A stretch of DNA of 61,254 nt, filler included, from Nemertoderma westbladi (lineage: Eukaryota; Animalia; Xenacoelomorpha), in NCBI GenBank assembly GCA_032718475.1. It is 3 parts of 3 records of this genome, joined end to end, with 100 filler letters (N's around TTAATTAATTAA, not from the genome) between each part and the next. Parts side by side here need not be neighbours in the genome. Positions count along the whole stretch, not along the records: positions 42,317 to 61,254 come from JAUCBJ010000774.1; 2 more parts are not named here. One strand, 5' to 3'. Positions 51,201 through 61,254 of the stretch are shown here, one piece after another. Below the pieces are notes generated by a model that saw only the letters and a program-made list of their open reading frames with translations, was not told the DNA's origin and made no database searches. The position numbers were made by a program, and so were the translations under genes. Each line of letters starts with the position of its first letter. Position 1 is the stretch's first letter.

Positions 51201-54200
51201 TCAACATTACATGATTACAAACTTACATACGTAGTAGTAACATTAAATGATTACAAACTTACATACTTATTTAGTAACATTAAATGATTACAAACTTACA
51301 TAATTAGTAGCAACATTAAATGATTACAAACTTACATAATTAGTATCAACATTACATGATTACAAACTTACATACGTAGTAGTAACATTAAATGATTACA
51401 AACTTACATAATTAGTAGCAACATTACATGATTACAAACTTACATACTTATTTAGTAACATTAAATGATTACAAACTTACATAATTAGTAGCAACATTAC
51501 ATGATTACAAACTTACATACGTAGTAGTAACATTAAATGATTACAAACTTACATAATTAGTAGCAACATTAAATGATTACAAACTTACATACTTATTTAG
51601 TAACATTAAATGATTACAAACTTACATAATTAGTATCAACATTACATGATTACAAACTTACATACGTAGTAGTAACATTAAATGATTACAAACTTACATA
51701 ATTAGTAGCAACATTACATGATTACAAACTTACATACTTATTTAGTAACATTAAATGATTACAAACTTACATAATTAGTAGCAACATTACATGATTACAA
51801 ATTTACATACGTAGTAGTAACATTAAATGATTACAAACTTACATACTTATTTAGTAACATTAAATGATTACAAACTTACATAATTAGTAGCAACATTACA
51901 TTATTACAAACTTACATAATTAGTATCAACATTACATGATTACAAACTTACATACGTAGTAGTAACATTAAATGATTACAAACTTACATACTTATTTAGT
52001 AACATTAAATGATTACAAACTTACATAATTAGTATCAACATTACATGATTACAAACTTACATACGTAGTAGTAACATTAAATGATTACAAACTTACATAC
52101 TTATTTAGTAACATTAAATGATTACAAACTTACATAATTAGTAGCAACATTACATTATTACAAACTTACATAATTAGTTTCAACATTACATGATTACAAA
52201 CTTACATACGTAGTAGTAACATTAAATGATTACAAACTTACATACTTATTTAGTAACATTAAATGATTACAAACTTACATAATTAGTAGCAACATTAAAT
52301 GATTACAAACTTACATAATTAGTATCAACATTACATGATTACAAACTTACATACGTAGTAGTAACATTAAATGATTACAAACTTACATAATTAGTAGCAA
52401 CATTACATGATTACAAACTTACATACTTATTTAGTAAAATTAAATGATTACAAACTTACATAATTAGTAGCAACATTACATGATTACAAACTTACATACG
52501 TAGTAGTAACATTAAATGATTACAAACTTACATAATTAGTAGCAACATTAAATGACTACAAACTTACATACTTATTTAGTAACATTAAATGATTACAAAC
52601 TTACATAATTAGTATCAACATTACATGATTACAAACTTACATACGTAGTAGTAACATTAAATGATTACAAACTTACATAATTAGTAGCAACATTACATGA
52701 TTACAAACTTACATACTTATTTAGTAACATTAAATGATTACAAACTTACATAATTAGTAGCAACATTACATGATTACAAACTTACATACGTAGTAGTAAC
52801 ATTAAATGATTACAAACTTACATAATTAGTAGCAACATTAAATAATTACAAACTTACATAATTAGTATCAACATTACATGATTACAAACTTACATAATTA
52901 GTAGCAACATTAAATGATTACAAACTTACATAATTAGTATCAACATTACATGATTACAAACTTACATACGTAGTAGTAACATTAAATGATTACAAACTTA
53001 CATAATTAGTAGCAACATTAAATGATTACAAACTTACATAATTAGTAGCAACATTACATGATTACAAACTTACATACGTAGTAGTAACATTAAATGATTA
53101 CAAACTTACATACTTATTTAGTAACATTAAATGATTACAAACTTACATAATTAGTAGCAACATTACATGATTACAAACTTACATACGTAGTAGTAACATT
53201 AAATGATTACAAACTTACATAATTAGTAGCAACATTAAATGATTACAAACTTACATACTTAGTAGCAACAATACATGATTACAAACTTACATAATTAGTA
53301 TCAACATTACATGATTACAAACTTACATACGTAGTAGTAACATTAAATGATTACAAACTTACATAATTAGTATCAACATTACATTATTACAAACTTACAT
53401 ACGTAGTAGTAACATTAAATGATTACAAACTTACATAATTAGTAGCAACATTACATGATTACAAACTTACATAATCAGTAGCAACATTAAATAATTACAA
53501 ACTTACATAATTAGTAGCAACATTAAATAATTACAAACTTACATACTTAGTAGCAACAATACATGATTACAAACTTACATACTTAGTAGCAACATTACAT
53601 GATTACAAACTTACATAATTAGTAGTAACATTACATGATTACAAACTTACATAATTAGTAGCAACATTACATGATTACAAACTTACATACGTAGTAGTAA
53701 CATTAAATGATTACAAACTTACATAATTAGTAGCAACATTACATGATTACAAACTTACATAATTAGTAGCAACATTAAATAATTACAAACTTACATAATT
53801 AGTAGCAACATTAAATAATTACAAACTTACATACTTAGTAGCAACAATACATGATTACAAACTTACATACTTAGTAGTAACATTAAATGATTACAAACTT
53901 ACATAATTAGTAGTAACATTAAATAATTACAAACTTACATAACTAGTAGCAACATTAAATAATTACAAACTTACATAATTAGTAGTAACATTAAATGATT
54001 ACAAACTTACATACGTAGTAGTAACATTAAATGATTACAAACTTACATACTTAGTAGTAACATTACATGATTACAAACTTACATACGTAGTAGTAACATT
54101 AAATGATTACAAACTTACATAATTAGTAGTAACATTAAATGATTACAAACTTACATACTTAGTAGTAACATTAAATGATTACAAACTTACATAATTAGTA

Positions 54201-54732
54201 GTAACATTAAATGATTACAAACTTACATACTTAGTAGTAACATTAAATGATTACAAACTTACATACGTAGTAGTAACATTACATGATTACAAACTTACAT
54301 ACGTAGTAGTAACATTAAATGATTACAAACTTACATAATTAGTAGTAACATTAAATGATTACAAACTTACATAATTAGTAGTAACATTAAATGATTACAA
54401 ACTTACATACTTAGTAGTAACATTAAATGATTACAAACTTACATACGTAGTAGTAACATTAAATGATTACAAACTTACATACTTAGTAGTAACATTACAT
54501 GATTACAAACTTACATACGTAGTAGTAACATTAAATGATTACAAACTTACATAATTAGTAGTAACATTAAATGATTACAAACTTACATACTTAGTAGTAA
54601 CATTAAAAGATTACAAACTTACATAATTAGTATTAACATTAAATGATTACAAACTTACATAATTAGTATCAACATTACATGATTACAAACTTACATAATT
54701 AGTAGCAACATAAAATTATTACAAACTTATAT
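48280..54732 (-). repeat. 36/37-bp minisatellite (ATTACAAACTTACATAATTAGTAGCAACATTAAATG), about 180 units, downstream of ACE-like exon 4
   Basis: Seen directly. Degenerate units continue through 54770-54842 towards the exon. Confidence 0.97.
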
Positions 54733-54867
54733 AATATCGTATTGTATTGTATCCTGTCTGCTTAGTAACACTATTAAATGTTTACAAACATATATACCGG
54801 TACTTAATAACAACAGTAAATGTTTTTAACAAACTTAAATATCCGCGACATTTTTGTACAAAATTAC

Positions 54868-54957
54868 CTTTTCAGCAGCAACATTACTTAATTCCACCAG
54901 CCGCTGGTAGCTGGTTAGCATTTTACTACCAGTTTCTTTTCGCCACTTATACCATAT
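54868..54957 (-). CDS. ACE: ACE-like peptidase M2 exon 4 (IWYKWRKETGSKMLTSYQRLVELSNVAAEK)
   Basis: TTTTCTTAG| and |GTAATT, 30 codons, phase 0. Matches the ACE W..W...G....Y...V.LSN.AA segment. Confidence 0.88.
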
Positions 54958-55330
54958 CTAAGAAAATTAAGATAATTAAATAAATGCTTGAAAAATCAGC
55001 AATAAATATATTAATAATTAGCATATATACAGTTTTATTGAATTTATTAAGTAAAGTAAAAAACAGTACCGGTAGTTATTTCCAAGAGTACCTCAAAGTA
55101 AAAAAGCAACCGTGACCTAGGCGTTGCATGCAAACAATAGACGGCAGCCAGATGGCCGGTACGTCACATAATAGCTCACCGGAATGGTAAAACTTTAATT
55201 CTAAAAATATAAAACAAATTAAATAATTTACGATTTCTATGTATTGTGGATCATAATTTTGTATTATGATGTAGATACCCCTTAACATAACATCCGTTTC
55301 TAGATGTTATATCATCGCCCCTTACCTCTT

Positions 55331-55495
55331 GTGGGGCGAGTCAAAACTGCAAACCATCAGCGAACTGTTATAATTATACTTTGGCCGTTTTCTGAAAGTC
55401 TCTGTGTGTGTCGGAAGCCAATATATAATCAGCCGTAGTATAATTATAATTGTTTGCTAAGATGGCTTGCAGCTATTGCTGCACGAAGGCCCCAC
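55331..55495. mobile_element. Imperfect hairpin element between 25-bp direct repeats
   Basis: GTGGGGC...CTGCAAACCATC...TTATAATTATACT is mirrored by AGTATAATTATAA...GATGGCTTGCAG...GCCCCAC. The end resembles the CTCGCCCCACA terminus at 20282. Confidence 0.6.
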
Positions 55496-55530
55496 TCGTG
55501 TACTTTGTCCTATATATCATCGACCCTTAC

Positions 55531-55755
55531 CTCTTGTAATCTGTCGTAATCTCTTCCACTCTCAGAGGCCATGATGTCCTCAAGTTCCTCTAGTTTGTAA
55601 CAAGTTTTATCTTCCAAACAGACTGTCGCTGTGTTATAGATGGTTGACATGTTGGCCATAATTCTAGAATATTCATCATATTTATCCTTCGGCAACGCAA
55701 GGTCCCCAATGTCAGCTATAATCTTTAGCTGTCTTCTCTCAGTAGCCTTGAAATC
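55531..55755 (-). CDS. ACE: ACE-like exon 3 (DFKATERRQLKIIADIGDLAL...NMSTIYNTATVC...C..LE..LEDIMA...DYDRLQE)
   Basis: TTTTAG| and |GTAAGG, 75 codons, hallmark M..IY..A.VC motif of ACE/ACE2/Ance. Confidence 0.92.
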
Positions 55756-56254
55756 CTAAAATTCATACAGAAAAAAATAATTCAATTATAGTGATTGTGG
55801 GGGGGGGGGGGGGGGGGGGGGTGTGGGGTTGTAGGCAGATACAAACTGACCAAAATCTAACTGATGGAAAATTAACTTGATTTTAGACTTAAAAATGAGT
55901 TAATTCAATTCACCTACAGTACAAACTTACATTATATTGTGCACTTTCATTTATTAAAAGAGTACGGGCCTACAAGTCATTTGCAAGTCTATTCAGTCGT
56001 TCATACTGTACATATATACCGGGAAAGTGTATAGGGCCTACCCAGTTCTGCAGTTGTCTAAATATTTTAGTGTGCTTATTAGTAATATCAGTAATATATC
56101 TTAGTTTGCATGAAGCGGGCCCCTAGAGGGTTGAAATAAATAGCTATCATTAGTATCGTTTCACTTTATTATATTATATTTGATTAATATGGATTTGCTG
56201 CAAAAACGAATTATTTAACATTGTCATGAAGCGAACTCAGTTTCTATTCTTTCA

Positions 56255-57684
56255 TAGTACGAACTTACGTTCAATTAACTTATAGTACAAACTTACATAC
56301 CTTTCACTTACATAGTAACTTACATTCCATTAACTTACAGTACAACTTATTTCATTAAACTTACAGTACGAACTTACGTTCAATTAACTTACAGTACAAA
56401 TTTACATACTATTCACTTACATAGAAACTTACATTCCATTAACTTGCAGTAAAAACTTACATACCATTCACTTACAGTAGAAACTTACATCCCATTCACT
56501 TACAGTAGAAACTTACATCCAATTTACTTACAGTACAAACTTACATACCATTAACTTGCATAGAAACTTATATTCCATTAACTTACAGTACAACTTATTC
56601 CATTAAACTTACAGTACAAACTTACATTCCATTAACTTACAGTACAAACTTACATCCCATTTACTTACAGTACAAACTTACATACCTTTCACTTACATAA
56701 AAACTTACATTCCATTAACTTACAGTACAATTACATTCCATTAACTTACAGTAAAAACTTACATCCCATTCACTTACAGTAGAAACTTACATTCCATTAA
56801 CTTACAGTAAAAACTTACATACCATTCACTTACAGTAGAAACTTACATCCAATTTACTTACAGTACAAACTTACATACCATTAACTTGCATAGAAACTTA
56901 TATTCCATTAACTTACAGTACAACATATTCCATTAAACTTACAGTACAAACTTACATTCCATTAACTTACAGTAAAACGTACATACCATTCACTTACATA
57001 GAAACTTACATTCCATTAACTTACAGTAAAACGTACATACCATTCACTTACATAGAAACTTACATTCCATTAACTTACAGTACAGTACAAACTTACATCC
57101 CATTTACTTACAGTACAAACTTACATACCTTTCAATTACATAAAAACTTACATTCCATTAACTTACAGTACAATTACATTCCATTAACTTACAGTAAAAA
57201 CTTACATCCCATTCACTTACAGTAGAAACTTACATTCCATTAACTTACAGTAAAAACTTACATCCCTTTCACTTACAGTAAAAACTTACATACCATTCAC
57301 TTACAGTAGAAACTTACATCCAATTTACTTACAGTACAAACTTACATACCATTAACTTGCATAGAAACTTATATTCCATTAACTTACAGTACAACTTATT
57401 CCATTAAACTTACAGTACAAACTTACATTCCATTAACTTACAGTAAAACGTACATACCATTCACTTACATAGAAACTTACATTCCATTAACTTACAGTAA
57501 AACGTACATACCATTCACTTACATAGAAACTTACATTCCATTAACTTACAGTAAAACGTACATACCATTCACTTACATAGAAACTTACATTCCATTAACT
57601 TACAGTAAAACGTACATACCATTCACTTACATAGAAACTTACATCCCATTCACTTACAGTACAGTAGAAACTTACATCCCATTC
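56255..57684 (-). repeat. ~28-bp minisatellite (AACTTACAGTAAAAACTTACATTCCATT), about 50 units, starting inside the 3' end of ACE-like exon 2
   Basis: Minus strand GAATGGGAT|GTAAGTTTCTAC...GTAAGT is repeated, and divergence is greatest at the distal end. Confidence 0.95.
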
Positions 57685-57828
57685 ATTAGCAAAACGATTT
57701 TTTATTATATCAGCTTGCTCTTTACGAAACGTATTCCATTCCTTAAGCGATTTATCTTTTTGATTCGATTTTTCCTCCGTCATGTCAACTTCGTATTTCC
57801 ATAAATCAAATTTATATGTTGACAATTT
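57676..57828 (-). CDS. ACE: ACE-like exon 2 (KLSTYKFDLWKYEVDMTEE...FANEWD)
   Basis: T8AG| and |GTAAGT, 51 codons. W.Y..(N/D).T.E motif of the ACE lid helices. Confidence 0.88.
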
Positions 57829-58211
57829 CTAAAAAAAATAACGAAAATACTTTCATTAAAAAACACGAAACGATTTCCATTCGCATTATTTACATCAAAT
57901 TTACTAATCAAATTTATATCTAAAGATAATAAGCACGGTAGATAGCGCGTGGCCCATGGCCATGACTTTCTTGAGACGCCTCTTACAGGACACTGGCTCC
58001 TGGCCTGCGGATAATAGATAAAAAAAAATTAAAATAACTTCGCATTAACACTAACGTAATAATATTTGTGACAACGGTTGAATTAAGGTGATAAATTCGT
58101 ATAAAGTACACGTTAAACGAGAAGTACACTTATTACATATTTACATATTACAGTATTAACTATTACATATCAACTTATATAAACTTTGTGTTTACAACAC
58201 AAAATTCTAAC

Positions 58212-58334
58212 CTTTGGCGCTTCGTTATTATAATTATCCAAGAATGTATCTAATTCTTGATTTTGTTGACCGGGTTGGGACATAAGTAATAAAAGCAAAA
58301 GTAGAGGAAACCGCAATACCATTATTAAATACAT
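58212..58334 (-). CDS. ACE: ACE-like exon 1 with signal peptide (MYLIMVLRFPLLLLLLLMSQPGQQNQELDTFLDNYNNEAPK)
   Basis: Hydrophobic leader, FL..YN..A motif, donor AAG|GTTAGA in phase 0 with exon 2. Confidence 0.82.
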
Positions 58335-58450
58335 AATTAGATGATTATTGTTCGTATAATAAATATATAAAGAGAGATAAAATAAACATACATTACATCT
58401 ACAAAATTAATTTAGTAAATACATTTTAAGAGTTTACGATTATATGTTAT

Positions 58451-60107
58451 TACTACTAGTATCGGCATGCTGCATTGCATCTGCATTTTTAAGAATGCTG
58501 TGCCGGCTTATCGACAAAATTTCACCGCCATAACTCCCTATCACCCATGACATTTGCTAGATCATCCGCATCTTCAAGGCCAGTGTCCTTTAAGATGCGT
58601 CTCAAGAAAGTCATGGGCTGTCCACCATGCTTATTCACTCCATGAGTGTGCCAAAGTACAAGATTATGCACTGGCTGGTCCTCACGGCGAAAGCAATGTC
58701 CTGCAAAGCGGAGGCAATTTTGTTCTAGTGTCAAGCTTGGGGGAACCAATGAGACACCTCCAATGTTATATAGTGTCTGGTTGGAGATGTGTGCATTGTA
58801 CTTGACACAATGAACCCGGCGTAGCATTCTTGTGAATGTGCCATCCAGAGATTTGGTGTCCTCAGCAGTTAGAGCCCAGCATGGACTCCCATAGAGGAGT
58901 ACTGGAACTACTGCTGCTCTAAATAATCGGACCTTAAGTTTCCGATTAATTCTCGGTGACTTCCAAATCCTGGAAAGCCTATTCAAGGCTACCCATGCCT
59001 TTCCCTTACGTATTCGAAGGTCCTCGCCTGACTTCCGGATCCATGATCCCAGGTAACAGAAGTCATCCACATGCTCAAGCATACTATCTTTTGAGCTTAT
59101 GCTCATCCGATCAGAGACTTGCTGAGGACTTTCAAAGTCAACTGTCAAAATTGTGGTCTTTTTGGAGTTAATAAAAAGACCAACACTAGAAGCAGTATGT
59201 TCTAATGAGCTGAGGAGCCGTTGGGCTCCCTCTAGTAATTCTGAGAGTACTCCTAAGTCATCAGAAAAGTCTAGATCAGTTAGGTACTTGGCAGGATTTA
59301 CTCGACTTCTGGAGTCAGTAGGTGGAGTTATCATCACCCCATCATCATTATGATGATCTAAGGACATGCGTAGAACATAGTCAACAACAATTATGAACAA
59401 GAATGGTGCAAGTGTGTCTCATTGGAGGACGCCCCATAACACTTCAAATGGTTCTGTGTCACTATATATAAATTCAATATAATTTCAAGATACCTCACAA
59501 ACAATACAGATGCACCGCACCAAAAATTGTATGAAATAGTAATATAATTACTAAACATTATTGTTTATCAGTAGACACAAATGTTGCCGAACCATCGTAT
59601 ACTGATCTGATTGCTGCAATAATTTCATCAGGAATCCCATATAATGAAAGTATGCTGAACATACGTGAGCGAGAGACTGAATCAAAGGCCTTGAAGAAGT
59701 CAACATAGATAACAGCCAGATGCCTGTCTTTCTTTTTTGATAACTCTTCAATTATCCTTCTAAGTGCCAAAATAGGCTCCATGGTCCCACGACCTTTACG
59801 GAACCCATTCTGATTTCCACGGAGCAGCCTCTCAATGGGATCCCTGATGCGATTTAATAGAATTCTATTGTATAGCTTTGCAGCAATCGAAATCAATGAG
59901 ATTCCCCGAAAAGAACCATAGAGTGTTAGGTTGCCCTTCTTCTTGGGAACTGGCACCAACTTATTTGTTTTCATTTCTTGTGGGACTCTTGTTGTTCGGT
60001 ACATGTCTACTATGATGGGATAGATGAGCTTTAAACACTCAGGTATTTGAAAGACCTCAGGGGGAACACCATCTACTCCACTGGCACGATTGGTCTTTAC
60101 GATTTTT
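58451..60107 (-). mobile_element. 5'-truncated RTE-type LINE with 20-bp TSD
   Basis: TSD AGTTTACGATTATATGTTAT at 58431-58450 and 60108-60127. RT motifs FRGISL, QNGFR, YVDFFKAFDSV, GVLQ*DTLAP, FSDD. A ~100-bp AT-rich insert at 59462-59560 and a TAG/TAA tail. Confidence 0.95.
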
Positions 60108-61254
60108 AGTTTACGATTATATGTTATATAACTGGTCGTTGGATGACGCTATAAAATATTTATAAAGAAATAAAACAGTTTTAATATTGACAGATATATT
60201 ATATAACACACAATACTACAAAATAAACTTAATTTAAGAACACAGCTTATAAGATTCAAAGATTCAAATTCATGAAAAAATTAAGAACAATAAAAAATAA
60301 ATAAATCTTATATTTTCTACCATTATAACAAAATAGGATAACATTTATTATATAAAATCAAGTTATCAAATGACACTAAATAATAATGATGGTGTTACTT
60401 GCTACAATTATTCCTACAATCTAGTTCAGGCTTTATCCAATTAAGGCAATACCAATAATAGGCAATAATAGGCCTACCATAGGCACAATCAATGGTCAGA
60501 ATTCCTGAATAATAGGGTTGGTGCGCGAAAAAATTGTTGGGCTCGAAACAATTGAATAAGGGGTAACAAGGTGCCCTGAATCGAGTGGCGGGGTGTGTTT
60601 TTGGGTAAAAACACGTGGAAACGGTCGAAATGGCGGGTTTAAGCAAGCTCGGGAAGATCGGCTGTGATTGGCTGCTACATATTTGACATCATTACGCACG
60701 CAGTGCTCTAATAATATGTTATCTTGGTTTCTATGGATAGAGATATTCGATCGATTCAAATACATATTAAATCTCAATCATATCACACGTGGCTTATATT
60801 AATTGAAAGCGGAGAGGCTTACGCGTCTTTTGACACTACAATTAATTAAATTCACAACGAGGAAGATTGTTAAAATGCTGCTCACAATTGCAAACTCGAC
60901 AGATTTCCTGACGAGTAAGTAGGCAGCACTTCCTTGTCTACCGGTCAGCGCTTGACTCAGCCCTATCAGCCTATTGCAGTATCGTAGTATAGCAGATTTA
61001 CTTCATTAAGGTGGGTTTACCGGCGACAATTTAAAAAAATGCAAGTGTAACCTACTGACAATTATTACTGTATTATAGTACCGGCTGACCGGTATTAAAA
61101 GTTTAATGTTATTTTAAATCTAATAATCTGTAGGCCTTACCGTCAGACCATACTCAAACAGCTTGGAATGCAGCATTGTTGCTGGAAATACTTCTGGAAA
61201 CAACATTATATCAACATGAATATAATTAATTGTAATGGTAATAGACGCGCAAGA

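Noticed and set aside
48280-54732. 36-bp (and 26/28-bp) arrays as CRISPR
   Set aside because: Units are head-to-tail with no unique spacers, there are no cas genes, and the context is spliceosomal introns.
55799-55821. Poly-G tracts (also 11322, 29321, 47221) as functional G-quadruplexes
   Set aside because: They are simple homopolymers of uncertain assembled length with no other support.

Overview
AT-rich, repeat-dense animal (probably invertebrate) genomic DNA in three segments (1-17496, 17597-42216, 42317-61254). The segments are joined by artificial 100-bp N44-TTAATTAATTAA-N44 linkers, so their adjacency is unproven. Host genes: four in-frame 5' exons of an ACE-like (peptidase M2) gene on the minus strand (58334-54868) and a tentative orphan three-exon plus-strand gene (3143-11170). 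Mobile DNA: a near full-length LINE, two young RTE-type copies, a fragmented CR1/L2-type LINE, an intron-containing THAP/P-element transposase, a Merlin transposase fragment, several MITE/foldback elements and a 6.5-kb perfect (AAAC)n. Two signals stand out. (1) The three large minisatellite arrays (26, ~28 and 36 bp units) are each anchored at a 5' splice donor and repeat a donor motif in every unit, and a further ACE exon has a single 25-bp copy of its exon/donor junction. (2) A tRNA-headed SINE-like repeat carries a minimal hammerhead ribozyme, and another copy begins within 5 nt of the predicted cleavage site. All alignments and counts were made by eye; no searches were run.
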